DNA of 64,000 nt from Octopus vulgaris (GCA_951406725.2 OX597821.1:29388001-29452000); one strand, 5' to 3'; counted from the stretch's first letter, positions 24,781 through 38,209 are shown. Numbers and translations are program-made. The notes: generated by a model from the letters alone, not told the origin.

Positions 24781-25883
24781 ACAGATGCATACATATAAAT
24801 AGTGGTTGATAATAGGAAGGTTATCTAGCTATTGAAACCAAGCATAGGTATATAAGAGCAGTAGGCAGCTTCCAATAAGAAAAAACTTATGGAAAGTGGG
24901 CAACAATTTGGTGTAGTGATCAGTGCAGGGTGTGATGGGTGTGCTAACATAAGAAAGGGGATGAAAGAAGAAAAGACAAGTGGATCAGGTGTGATTGAGT
25001 AAAGATGGCCCATGACCAACTAATTCTAATGAACAAAAGCAAAGATAGAGGAACGAATACTTCAAGGGTTTAAATATAATGTTCTAACAATTTCTCAGTC
25101 CATTATTCTGAATTGGAAGCCTATTTTTTCAACCCCAAAATGAAGGTAGACAAAGTTGACCTCAGGCAGGATTTGAAACCAGAGTGAAGTAAGCTGGAAA
25201 GACCAGCAGCATTTCCAAACAAATTGCAAGGCGTTGTTTTAAAACGTGAAAGAAACATTGGAGTATGCAGTCCCTCATACACAACACTCCCCACCAAAAA
25301 AAAAAAATGGGATAGTCGTATCTGAAATCTTTTTCAGTAGGTCTGCTCAATCGGAGCAGAGTTCAAGTTAAGCAACCCATCAGAAAATATAATAAGGAAA
25401 GGAAAACCAATGAAAAAGAAGTACAATAGTTTAATTTAAGGAAGCTATGCATCAGCGTTGCATCGATATATTGGAAAGTGGACACAAAATGATGAGGATA
25501 GAGTGCACATGCACGTGTGTAAATATGTATATGCATGTGTGTGTGTGTGTGTGCATGTTTGCAGGTATATATATTTATATAAACATATATAATTCCATAT
25601 AAACCCCACAGCAGAACTAAGCAGCAAAAACAAAAAGAACCATCATATCATTACCACCACATTGACATCACCATCATCATCAACACCATCAGCAGCAGCA
25701 TCAACATTGTCATTAAGTGTATGCTATGTCGCCAGCCATCCACTAGCATGCACTTACAGCTCAGCTAACTACTTCTGCCTGAAGAATTCTCACTCGTCTT
25801 TGGACAAATTATCGTATGTGACACTTCCATTACAAACCCAGTGAACCTTACAAAATGTAATCACAATAACATACACACACACA

Positions 25884-26004
25884 CACACATATGAACTATA
25901 TTACATATACTATATATATGTAATATAGTTCAGATGTGTGTTCCTTTGGGGAAAAAAACACAAACTGTCACTCCCATCTCATAGTGCATATATGTATCCC
26001 ATCA

Positions 26005-26042
<38 letters not shown>

Positions 26043-26056
26043 TGATGGGATACATA
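25884..26056. repeat. Two adjacent (TA)-centred palindromes
   Basis: 25884-25940: CACACATATGAACTATATTACATATA...TATATGTAATATAGTTCAGATGTGTG. 25991-26056: TATGTATCCCATCACC-(AT)n-GGTGATGGGATACATA. Confidence 0.9.
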
Positions 26057-26087
<31 letters not shown>

Positions 26088-26544
26088 TGTATATATACAC
26101 ACATATACACTCTGTATATGGTATTCTGGTTAGCTTTTAATGCTTAATATGAAAGTGAAAAAGCACAATCCAATACTGAACTTTGCCAGACATGCTGTAT
26201 TACATGAGATAGTTTATAGGCTGTATCTACATATTTTCTGTATTCAATTATAATAAGTCCATGCCTATATAAAAGTGTGTGTGCACATACACACATTATT
26301 ATGATAGAATCCCAGCTAAACATGGTTGTTCTGCATGATAGACATAACATCCAAACCTCACTCACACTACATTCAAAAGTCTTGAGAAAGGGATGACACT
26401 TGGGATAATTTAATCCAAGATACATAATGCTTGTGAGCAGGATAGCATGGTCATTGTTGGAATGTCTTACAATCATAGGATTTTTCAGCCAGGTCTGACT
26501 TGGGCTTAACATGGACATTTCATGAATATCAAAATTCCTATAAT

Positions 26545-26945
26545 AATGGTTTCAAATTTTGCCATAAGGATAGCAATTTTGGGGGAGGGGATGAGCCAAT
26601 CACATTGACCCCGATGTTCAACTAGTACTTATTTCATTGACTCCGGAAGGATGAACAGCAAAGTCAACCTTGGTGGAATTTGAACTCAGAATGCAGCAAC
26701 GGGCGAAATACCTATTTCTTTACTACCCACAAGGGGCTAAACACAGAGCGGACAAACAAGGACAGACAAACAGATTAAGTTGATTATATCGACCCCAGTG
26801 CCTAACTGGTATTTATTTAATTGGCCCCAAAAGGATGAAAGGCAAAGTTGACCTCGGTGGAATTTTGAACTCAGAACGTAATGGCAGACAAAATACCACT
26901 AAGCATTTTGTCCAGTGCGCTAACTATTCTGCCAACTTGCCACCC
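26545..26945 (-). mobile_element. Family-B SINE with a nested/tandem B2 variant (alternative tail)
   Basis: Core AAGGATGAA..GCAAAGT..ACCT.GGTGGAATTT..AACTCAGAA occurs twice. The second copy carries tail TATTTCTTTACTACCCACAAGGGGCTAAACACAGAG. Confidence 0.8.
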
Positions 26946-27250
26946 TACAAAAATTCTTATAATGATAACAATTGAATAGTTGTTATAAAAATATGTACGA
27001 AGATGTATATACATGTGTTCATGAGTGTTACATCTGGGGTGGGAAGGTGAGAGCCATGTGTGGAAGGCAAATGTGTGTATGCATCTATGAATGTGTGCGT
27101 GCATGCAAGCGTTTGTCTACATCACGTCTGCACTATGGTATCACTAAAAGAAAACAATGACACTGTTTATGTCTCCTGTAAGACAATACACAGCAAAGAA
27201 AGTTTCACTGTTTTATTGGTTTCAATGTGTCAAGACCAGAGAGGAAAATA

Positions 27251-27300
27251 CCTCACCTGAAAACAAGGGAACAGCAACAGGAAGGAAATCAGGGCACAGA
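27251..27300 (-). promoter_or_regulatory. Candidate recursive splice site (3'ss directly followed by 5'ss)
   Basis: Minus strand: ccCTGATttccttcctgttgctgttcccttgttttCAG|GTGAGG; AG-free pyrimidine tract of ~30 nt. Confidence 0.4.
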
Positions 27301-29523
27301 ATACCATCTCAGTAAGCGTTATCTGACCAATACCAACAGAGTTGACATAGTATGTACTGTAAGCATTCAAGCACAGTCACCACCTTTCCATATTCTGTGG
27401 CATTTAGTAAGGGAATTTTGGTTTCTCAAAGTCAACTTATAGAATAAATTGGCCTATCTTTCTTAGGTGTAAATTTTGTTCTGAAAAATTTGATTTGTAT
27501 GGCAGAAAATATGGTAAAAATGATGACAACGAGTTGATCTAAGGATTTTTAGATTTGATTCAGAACTGGCTATTTTTAGCAGGTAAAAGTTGATGACACA
27601 TGCAAGAAATGCTTATGTATACTGACAAAGATTTGTTTTTCCCTACAGGCCCAAGCTAGGGCCTGTTTTAGGCTAGATAAGAACAACATTGAATGAATCT
27701 CACAGAAGTGGTAAGGTCTGCTAACCATTTATCATCTATCACAAAATACTTGAAAAAAAAATAACGAATCATATGTACAAGACATGGTTGTCTGGCTCAC
27801 CTAGGAGAGAAGTAACATGAAATAACAAATAACAGTAACAAACTGTCCAACCCATGCCAGCAAGAAAAGCAGATGGAAGATGACAATGAGAATGATGATA
27901 ACAATGATGATGTTGATGATGACAATGACAACGAAGATTAAGGTGACGATGACAATGATGGTGATGAGTGGACATGTATAAACTACCTTATTTTAACACA
28001 TTCACTTTGGAAGACACAACAATCATATTGCTATACTGACAACTATTACAACATACATACATATCTGACGATACATAAATGAGTTTAATATTAAAATGGG
28101 TTATCAGCTGCTATGTCTTGTGTAACAGCATGCACTGAAGGCATTCTCCTGCATTACTGGGCAGAATACCTATTTCTGTGCGCATCACTTCCCCCAAAGT
28201 CTTGGGAAAAAAGTAATAACCAGATCATCTGGTAATGTCAAATAACGCATACTGGCATCCTATCCCGTAGTAGAATTATTTCCCATTCACTTAACACCAG
28301 AGAAGAGAAGCAACGCTAAGCAACTCATCTTTAAGATTGATGTTCTATCGAAGGCTGTTTATTAATAACGATCACTGATGATGATAGTCATGACAATGAT
28401 GATGATGAAAACAACAAAGAAAAGAAAATGATGATCATGATGATGATGATGATGGCAATGTAGAAGTAAGACATTGAAAAGCAAATATGGGATAATGCTT
28501 GTCTTTTATCCAGAAATTCTGGAGACACCAGGTTTGCATCAAACTCACAGTGTACTGATATGTGAGTGCATGCTGGCGGCAGTGGCAGCATAGTGGCGGT
28601 AGTGGTCATGGATTGAGGGGTGGGGTAGTTAAGAGAGGAATCGCTGAAAATCAATGGTCAATGAGCCAGTACCAAGGCAAAGAAAGGCAACAGATGATTC
28701 CAATGCTGTAGAGCAATAAATAAATAATACACACACACACACACAAATACGTACATGTATACATGCATAAATACACACATACAATTGCATATGTTGTCTG
28801 GCATACATTTTTCCTTTTCACAGCCTGATCGTGGGATTGACCTAAACTGCACACCTGGTGCCAGAAACTCAACTTATAAATGTAGTGTGATACAAACAAT
28901 GATGTTACTGGCTGACCAATTGGGAATCAATACAGAAATAAAATGGAAATGAAGGGAAGGGGGGAAGGGGGAGGAACGAAGACGAGGTGGAGGGGATGTG
29001 CAGCATGTGTATGTGTGGTTGTAGTGGTAGTGGAAGAGGAGGAGGAGGAGAGAAATGTGATGAAAAGTCAATAGATGAATAACAAGAAATATTTCATTGC
29101 TACTGAACATTGATGCATTGTCAGCAACTTGAAACTGCATCAAACATTCTGTGTGTGTGTGTGTGAATGAGTGTAAGAGTGGCTGTATGTTTGTAATGTG
29201 TGTGTGTGTGAGAGTGTCTTTGTACAAGTAAATGAATACAGCATTATAAATACATATTATTCTAATGTCACACAAACTCGAAGTGAAAGGAGTAGACCAG
29301 AAACATGTATATGTGGGAGTGTGTGGGTGAGTATGTCTATGGTCTATATTTGCAAAAGAGAAGAAAAATTATTTGATACGTGAGGCAAAGATAATTCCCT
29401 TATTTCAAGTTCAGATTTTACTGTCCACTTTGAGTTTTGTATTTCCATTCTCCACAGTAACCACTCATATATACAAATACACTTACATACACATACATAC
29501 ATATATATATACATGCACACATT

Positions 29524-29554
<31 letters not shown>

Positions 29555-30297
29555 ATTAATAAGGGTGAGAGAATTAGATACACACACACACACAGGCAGA
29601 AGTTGCCTGGTGTACCTGTGTATGTAGTGTGTGTGTAGAGAAAGATGGCAGAGCTAATGTTTTTTTGCATTCTGGTTTTGGAAGATGGGACAGAGCCCAT
29701 GGCTTTCACATGTCCTGCTAACCAGTTGAGACGGATGCATTATTGTTTCTCTTCCACCTTTGTAAAACAGCTGCAGGGACAAACATGATCCAAGAGAAAA
29801 TTTCAGAATGTTATCATTCTGGGAGGAAGAGACCAGACATATTGATTAACAAGAGGTCTTCAGACATGGGACACAACAACAGTGATGAATGGAAGAGAAG
29901 TAAGTGGGTCAGATAATGTCTGAGTGGACATGACATGAATCTACCCAGCTCCAGGAAGCACATGCCATTACAATAGCAATTGAAAAAGGCAGTGAGGAGA
30001 CAGCACATCTGCGAGACAGAGTATATCTGTGAGTGACTGCATGCCAGTTAGTCATGTGGCCCCTTTTATTGGGATACATGAGTGTCTATGTGTTGTGTGT
30101 GTGCTTTTGTGAGTGTAGAAGAGTATACACATATTAAGTATTCCTGTAAGTCTATCTAGCCAAATTTTCATTGTGTGAGCAAACCATTTTAAGTAACATT
30201 TATTGAAAATGAGAAGGTGTAATGAAGGGCTGATAAGTATCCAATTTTGCATTCTTATTGTATTAGCAATAATTAGTTATCTGCATATGTATGGTTC

Positions 30298-30350
<53 letters not shown>

Positions 30351-30415
30351 TATTTTACCATTTGTAAGTAACTCAAGCAAGTATAAGAATACAAAAAGGT
30401 CTGGTGCTAGATATA

Positions 30416-30646
30416 TATTTCTTTACTACCCACAAGCGGCTAAACACAAAGGGGACGAACAAGGACAAACAGATTAAGTCGATTACATCAACACCAGTGC
30501 ATAAGTGGTGCTTAATTTATCGACCCTGAAAGGATGAAAGGCAAAGTCAACCTCGGCGGAATTTGAAATCAGAACGTAACAACAGACGAAATACGGCTAC
30601 GTATTTCGCCCGGCATGCTAACGTTTCTGCCAGCTCGCCGCCTTTT
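30416..30646 (-). mobile_element. Young full-length B2 SINE with 16-bp TSD
   Basis: TCTGGTGCTAGATATA at 30400-30415 and 30647-30662; head GGCGGCGAGCTGGCAGAAACGTTAGCATGCCGGGCG retains CpGs. Confidence 0.92.
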
Positions 30647-31714
30647 TCTGGTGCTAGATATAGGTAGTCTTCAGAGTTCTACAAAGAAACAAAAATATCT
30701 CTAAACATGTGTAGCTGTAGTTAAAATTACAACTACAAACTTTTATGTAATGGTAACGATTCATAAAATAACACAGATTAAATTAACAAGAAATGAAAAA
30801 ATAGAGAGTTAACTAGGCATGGAAAAGGTGAATTAATTATAATCAGATCAAGAGGATATTATTAATAGAGAAGGAAGATGAGAATTCTATGTTGTGCACA
30901 GTATTTAAATATGGCAAGAAGATTACTGTCTTAAGATAAGGAAAGGTTGTGAGGTGGAAGTTAATCTTGCCAAGTCTAAAGAGAATATTCAAGACATTCA
31001 TAAAAAAGGGATCAATGGTGTTAAGGGATTTGTGTGTGAGTGAGTGTGTGTGTGTGTTTGTATATGTGCATGTTAGTATATGCACAATTGTGAATGCATG
31101 AATATATTACTATGCATGTGCTTTGTGTGTGTTTGTGCAGATATGATATTTTGTGTGTATGAGGTGGAGTGGAGTGGTAAATATATAAGCATGACTAAAT
31201 ATAATATATGAAATATATATACACATACACACTTATATAATACAGAAATGCACACACACACATACACACATATATATATGTATATACACATACATACATA
31301 CACACTCAAGTAAATGCGTATTATGTATATATTCATGCGTGTCTGTGGGCGACACACACACAAGTACATACATACACACATACATATATATATGTGTGTG
31401 TATGACTGAGTGTGTATGACTGTATGTGTGAGTGCATTCATGTGAGCACAGGCATAAGCATAAGTCAGATTTTTCATGTATGCTAATGGATGATGAGTTG
31501 AGGAAATTGCTATGTCAAACAGAAGAAAATGATAAGATAACAGCTAATTATACAAGAATTATATGTTGAGCCATCATTAAAAGTAAATTACTTTCAGTAA
31601 CATGTAAGAACACAATACTGAAAACAAGAGGGGTGGGTTGATCTATATACATATATATGTAAAAACACGCACACACATACATCCATATAAAATGCTTATA
31701 TGTATTATATCATC

Positions 31715-32110
31715 TTCATCATTATCATTTAACAATAATTTTTTTCATGCTTCCATGGGTTAGAAAAAAATTTGTTGAAGCAGCTTTTCTACAGCAGGAT
31801 GCTTTCCTGTTGCCAAACCTCACCTAATTCTTAACAAGTTGATATTTCCCATGGCCAGATATGTTTTTAAGGGAAGATTGGAAATGAGCATTGCTTGTTT
31901 GATGTTTATGCTCATTTACATCTATGATATGTCAAGACAAGGATTTACACAAGTCCATTTGCACACATGCATACTCACATACTTATATATGCACACATAC
32001 ACACACACAACAGGTTTCTTTCAATTCCTGTCTAGCATTTCTATTAACAAGGGGTGCTATAGCAGAAAACACCCACCCAAGGTACTGACAAATGGGACTG
32101 AACTCAAGTT
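31715..32110 (-). mobile_element. SINE: family-A head + D body + RTE-like tail, diverged
   Basis: GGATGCTTTCCTGTTGCCAAACCTCACC...ATATTTCCCATGGCCAGATATG...GTCAAGACAAGG, then the head remnant. Confidence 0.6.
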
Positions 32111-32159
32111 TGATACACACAGCAGTATATATGTATTTGTAATATACATTCATATATAT

Positions 32160-32292
32160 ATCATCATCATCATTTAACACCTGTTCTCTATGCTGGCATG
32201 GGTTGGATGGTTTGAGAGGAGCTGGCCAGCAGCTGGACTGTTGCCCAGGTTCCATTTGTCTGTTTTGGCATGGTTTCTACAGCTAGATGCCC
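32160..32292 (-). mobile_element. RTE 3' tail fragment
   Basis: (CAT)n-TTAAC...TGCTGGCATGGGTTGGATGG...TTTCTACAGCTAGATGCCC. Confidence 0.7.
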
Positions 32293-32307
32293 AATATATA
32301 TATATAT

Positions 32308-32339
<32 letters not shown>

Positions 32340-33057
32340 GCACACATGCATACACATTACATACATTCACATATATAAAATGCCTTTATTATAAGAGTAT
32401 GTGTGTAAGACCATATTAAACAGAATGAATATTTTGTTTCACTGAAATATAGCTTTATATTTAAAAGTAAAAAAGAAGACAGCCTAAAGCAGAAATGGGT
32501 AAGCATATATTGGGTAGGCCAGAAGTCAAGCACAAAAGTTTAATATGCTCCGGAATTGTCGAAGATAGCTTCAATTTTTCTAAAATTGAATAAAATAAGA
32601 AAGAGAGAGAGAAGCATTATAGAAATCAAACTGATGCAAAGACACAGTTGAACTCAGCAGGATTTGAAAAGAGATGGCTGAAATGAATTCTGTAGAGCGT
32701 TTTGATGACTCTGACACTTTGTACTATAAACGCACACACATGCAAGTGTGAGTATATACAAGATTGGAAGAGCAAACAGAAGAAACAGAATTCAGTACAT
32801 GGCATCTACATTTTTCATAATTTCTAATCTCAGATTCAAAGTTGGTTTTATAAGAGTGATGCATGAACGTCTCCGCACTTGTAAATGAACCCTCTGATCA
32901 CTTTTGTAACTTTCTGCCAGTTGAAACTATGAGAAAGCATGCATGTGTATGCTGTATGCTGTGTCTATTGTATATGTGTATAGATATATGTATGTAGAGG
33001 CATGGATGTGTCGTTAAGAAGTTTGTTCTGCATTGAGGTTTTTAGGTTCTGTCCTAC

Positions 33058-33458
33058 TTTTTTACTTGTTTCAGTCATTTGACTGTGGCCATGCCGGAGC
33101 ACCACCTTTAGGCGACCAAATCGACCCCAGGGACTTATTCTTTGTAAGCCTAGTACTTATTCTATCAGTCGTCTCTTTTGCCGAACCGCTAAGTTACGGG
33201 GACGTAAACACACAAGCATCGGTTGTCAAGCGATGTTGGGGGACAACACAGACACACGAACATATACACACACATACATATATATACATACATACGACGG
33301 GCTTCTTTCAGTTTCCGTCTACCAAATCCACTCACAAGGCTTTGGTCGGCTCGAGGCTATAGTAGAAGACACTTGCCCAAGGTGCCACACAGTGGGACTG
33401 AACCCGGAACCATGTGGTCCGTAAGCAAGCTACTTACCACACAGCCACTCCTACGCCT
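33058..33458 (-). mobile_element. tRNA-derived SINE, family A (full length, young)
   Basis: Near-identical to 8318-8722 and 48722-49145. Confidence 0.92.
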
Positions 33459-34539
33459 ATCTGTAGCATCTTCCGCTAGTATCCTCTGCTATAACCTTGG
33501 GCTGCTTAATTCTTTGAGAAAGCAATTAACAAAGACAAGACTGCATGGAAGGAGATATTTTGTTCTTCAAACAGTGCACTATTCATTCAGTGCATAGAAA
33601 CTGTATACAAGCCCATTAATCTTCAGTTGAGTCGGTGTTAACATATGTAATGAGCATAAAAGCATAATTTGGAAAAATTACATGAGAAGACAACATTAGT
33701 CATTGACTAACATTATTTTAATTAATTGTCAGAACAGAGGGCAAAATGCTTTACAGCATGTAATTAAGGTCCTTTATGTTGTAGGTTTTAAGTAATTTCA
33801 TACTTCTGAGGGGTGAATAGATAAAGTAACAGTTAAGTACTGGTGGGGTTTGACTTAATCAAAATTTGTGGTCTTGTGTCAACAATAAAGTCAATATTAT
33901 TTTAATTACCCTTCAGTAAAGTTCTGATCTCTTTAGCCACTTGATCATTCCTACTCTTCAATTAAGTACAGAAAATGATGAATGAATGCAATCTCATTAT
34001 CTTAATAATACTATCCAACAATGAACCCATATCACCAGGATTTTTTTTTCTCTCTGTTATTTCTTTCAGCAAAGGGTTTTGTGTAATATAAAAACTGACT
34101 AAATGAATAAATGAATGATTGAACAGTCATATTTATAAGAGGAATACTACTACTGCTGCTGCTAAGAATGTTTGAATTTATACACAGGAAAGACTGAACA
34201 GTAGTAGCAGTGTGTTTAGGTGTGTATGTGTATGTGAAGCAATACTGAGTTATGCTTCGACTGATATTAAAAGAACAGTGACTGATGTGATTGATTTTGG
34301 AGATCAGAAGGAGTAAAATGTCAATGAATAGAGAAAGTGTTTGGTGACATGTTTGAATACATCAGCAGAGTTAGACGGTTGGAACTGTGAAATCAGATCA
34401 ACTGGAAGAACATTCTAATACTTTTAGCTATATGTCTACACCAGTCGTGTGTGTGTGTGTGTGTACACAAACACACACTCACACACACACATTAATAAAT
34501 TACTGGAATATCTTTTTGAACTATAATATACTACTATTG

Positions 34540-35005
34540 TTGTTTGGCCACAGGTAAGCACTAACCAAGCACATCTATACTCAAAGATTTTTCAGCCATG
34601 ATCAACTTGACACTATTTTTTTAATTACATATTGAATGTATAAAATTCACTTTTTAAGATGGTAAGGTACATTGAGAGGTAATTGGCTGCTATTTTGGAC
34701 TGAGTGAGAAGCAGAGAGGTTCTTTCTGCATTGTGGTTGTATATGTTAATATGTAAATTCAAATTTATTTTTATACTTTATAAAAATAGAACAATAGTAT
34801 GTGCTGTTGTTTAGTTCTAGGTCTGTCTTGATCAAGTACTCCTACACTCAAAAGCATTTTAACCATTGTTACTATCCTGGCATTTCTTTTTAGGCTGGAC
34901 TACATTATCTACTGTATCTTTTTTTACTTTTAAAGGTGTTAAACTGCAACTTAAACGAAATGTGACTGTTAATTCTGGAACAACTAGTGAGAATGCAGAG
35001 ATACC
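34540..35005 (+). repeat. Two copies of unclassified dispersed repeat family C
   Basis: TTGTTGTTT..CC.CAGGT...GATCAAG.A.A.CTA...TCAAAG.CATT.CA.CCAT...TTTAAGATGG...TTGGCTGCTATTT. Related diverged copies near 12120-12330, 25230-25380, 26330-26510, 40800-41040, 46040-46220 and 53370-53440. Confidence 0.5.
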
Positions 35006-35314
35006 ATCATTGCCTGCAACATAGCCACCTGAGATTCTTATATATATATCATATCTTAGAGATATATAGAGACTCCCTATGTAACATATCTTAAACATGT
35101 CAATATGAGTGAGCCTGATTTCTCTCCAAGCAAAACACAACAGAGCAATATATGCTGATGAAGAATTTTAAAGAAATGCCACCACTTGGAATGGTGTATT
35201 GTTCTATCAAAGCAGTACTTATTTTCTGTCAGGTAAGACTGGCAACAAGGGATCTTTTCACTGACATAGAATGATATTGTGACAATGTTGGGAAACAGCT
35301 GTGACTAACTTGAT

Positions 35315-35550
35315 TTAACCTTTTTGTTTTGTTACCATATTTCTGTTGAGATGCACTGTGTTTCTTTCAATTAATTTTTAAATATACCAAAGAATTTAAT
35401 AAAATAATTTGGTTATCATTAAGCTAGTGTTAGGAACATAAATTGTGGCTAAGGTTTGGTGGAAGATTTTAATTTAGAACTTTTGAAAACAAGACATTTG
35501 TACTACAGTGCCACAGGCAGTTTCAGCCAGAGTCGTATCAAAAGGGTTAA
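35315..35550 (-). mobile_element. piggyBac-type MITE (family P1)
   Basis: TTAA|CCTTTT...AAAAGGG|TTAA; reverse-orientation copy. Confidence 0.88.
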
Positions 35551-35634
35551 TGTGTTGAAGACATAACACACCAGTCATGCAGCCACTGTCATGTCTTCAG
35601 GCTTTGCCAATAACAAAGTAATTCAAGAAGACTG

Positions 35635-35966
35635 ATATTTTCCCACATTCCTAGCCACGAGTTAAATGCACATCTTCTGTTTTCCCAACTGAAGGCGAAT
35701 TAATTTCATGCTTACCACATCTGCCTAGCCAAGTGTCAGTAAATTTAAAATCTCCCACTTTCCTAACCAAGTTCCTATCTTCCATCTCCCTAGACAAGGG
35801 AAAGTTAATTAGTTAATACACATATTCCTGTTTCCTAGCCATGTGCGAGTTACGAGGGAGTTAATTTTACAACTTCCACCTTCCTAAGCAGGGTGTGAAT
35901 TAATTACACATCTTTCACTTTCCTAGACATATATGTGAGTTAATTACACAACCTTACCTTCCTATC
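35635..35966 (+). repeat. Degenerate ~40-bp minisatellite, ~8-9 units
   Basis: Recurring ATCTTCCACTTTCCTAG(C/A)CA.G.GTGAGTTAATT.CAC-like unit. Confidence 0.65.
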
Positions 35967-35984
35967 TCTTATCTATTGCTCAAT

Positions 35985-36370
35985 GTCTTTTATCTTTTAT
36001 GTGTTTCAGTCATTAGACTGCGGTCATGTTGGAGCACTGCTTCAAAGAATTTTTTGTCAAATGAATCGACCCCAGGGCTTATCTTTTTTCTTTTAAGCCT
36101 AGTACTTATTCTATCATTTTTCTTTGCCAAACTGCTAAGTTATACAGATGTAAACATGCCAACACTGGTTGTCAAGCAGTGTTGAGGGACAAAGATACAC
36201 ACACAAACACACACAGCAGGCTTCCCTCAGTCTCTGTCAACCAAATTCACTCACAAGGCTTCAGTCAGCCTAAGGCTGTAACACTTGCTCAAGGTACAAA
36301 GCAGTAGGACTGAAGCCAGAACCAAGCAGTTGAAAATCACACTTGCTACCACACAGCCACACCTGTGGCT
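35985..36370 (-). mobile_element. tRNA-derived SINE, family A (diverged)
   Basis: TTTCAGTCATTAGACTGCGGTCATG...AAGCCTAGTACTTATTCTATC...ACCACACAGCCAC. Confidence 0.85.
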
Positions 36371-36617
36371 ATAGGTTAATTTCTCTTTGCCATACACTTG
36401 TTACATGATTTCTACCATTATCATTCATAATCTCCACTTTTATAATCTTAATCTTGGTAGTGATTCACCACCGAAACTAAAGCCTTTACCTTTCTTATCT
36501 CAACTCATTTCAATCAAATGAATTGCATCTGCTGCAGTGACAGCAGTAGTGGAAAAAAAGAAAGAGGAAATGGAAATAAAGGAAGAAGGAAAGAAAGAAC
36601 GAATGTGACAAAGTTAA

Positions 36618-36679
<62 letters not shown>

Positions 36680-36682
36680 TTA

Positions 36683-36725
<43 letters not shown>

Positions 36726-36859
36726 GAATTCAGTGTATGTTCAAACACAAAAGAGATACCCGAAGAATAGGATATCTGACTAATTTTTTCTTTCTCGCTA
36801 GACCACTGGTAACTAAGAATTTTCCAATGAATATTCTTGCTACCCTAAGATTTTAATTA

Positions 36860-36900
<41 letters not shown>

Positions 36901-37389
36901 CAAAGTATGCGGCAAAGTAATTTATTTTACTAAGCCCTTTTATATAATGTAATAATTTGAATTCGCCTTAAATGGTCCCTTTGCATACTGAACACTTGGT
37001 GAAATTGATTAATAATTAATTAATTTTACCCTCAATTGTTGAAATTATATATATATATATATATGGAGAGAGAGAGAAAGAAAGGAAATGGGGGGTTAGA
37101 GAAAGAAATAGATACAGCAAACCATCACAAAAGACTGTAGAGAACAGCATAGCATCACAAACCATGTTGGTGAGCATAGCCTGATGTATTTGACTTGCCT
37201 TGTGATCTTGTTTCTTGTCTCGCTCCCTCTAGCTCTCCCTTTCTTTCACTCAGTCAATTTATTAATCTATCTATTTATCTCTCTATCAATCCATCTAACC
37301 ATCTATACATTTCTCCATCCATCCATTTAACTATTTACCCAGATAGCTAACTATCTATCTTACTCTCTCTGTATATATACATTCATATG

Positions 37390-37558
37390 TATATATATAT
37401 ATAGATAAATAGATAGTTAGATAGACAGACAGACAGACAGACATAGATAGATAGACAGACAGACATAGATAGATAGATAGATAGACAGAGAGACAAACAG
37501 ACATACATAGTTAGATAGACAGACAGACAGAGAGACAGACATAGATAGATAGACAGAT

Positions 37559-37613
<55 letters not shown>

Positions 37614-37615
37614 TC
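37390..37615 (+). repeat. (AGAT)n/(AGAC)n compound microsatellite
   Basis: Direct reading. Confidence 0.95.
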
Positions 37616-38209
37616 TCACTAAGAAAGGTGAGGAATGTACAAAGAAGAGGGTTGGAGTCAGAGATATTGATTCCAGTTTTTGATAGCAGCTGTCAGTAAA
37701 TTATATTGAAGGAACTAATTAGCTGTACAATGAACCTATCGGAATCAATTTGTCCATTCAGTAGTCTATACTACCAGAAATAAATAATAGAAATATATAT
37801 ATGAAAAAAAAAAAAAAAAAAAAGAGAGAGAAAGGAAAAGAAAAAAATTGTTCTCTATATATAGAAATGGAGAGCACTGGTTACTCACAAGTAGTTTGGC
37901 TATCATAGGACAATGGTCCAATAAGATATGAGAGTCTGAGCATATGTGTGTGTGTGTGTGCATGTTTGTGTGTATGTATATGCATTATACATACATATGC
38001 ATTTATCTGTATTTTGCATGCATGGTTGTATGTATACACATTCATACAACTGTGTTTGAATATTCCTCTTTTAGTAATGTGTACGCATCTAAATCTATTT
38101 AATAATCATTTGAACACACTCTTATATATGTGTGTTTTATAATATATAGTAAATCCCAAAAAAGAAGAACAACGCAAAAAAACAATGCAAGGATGTGATA
38201 CATGTAGAA

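Noticed and set aside
35215-35238. Plus-strand AG|GT motifs (35232 CAG|GTAAGA, 10449 CAG|GTGAGG, 52017 CAG|GTAAAG)
   Set aside because: Short or interrupted pyrimidine tracts, some with nearby upstream AGs; treated as chance background for the recursive-site hypothesis.
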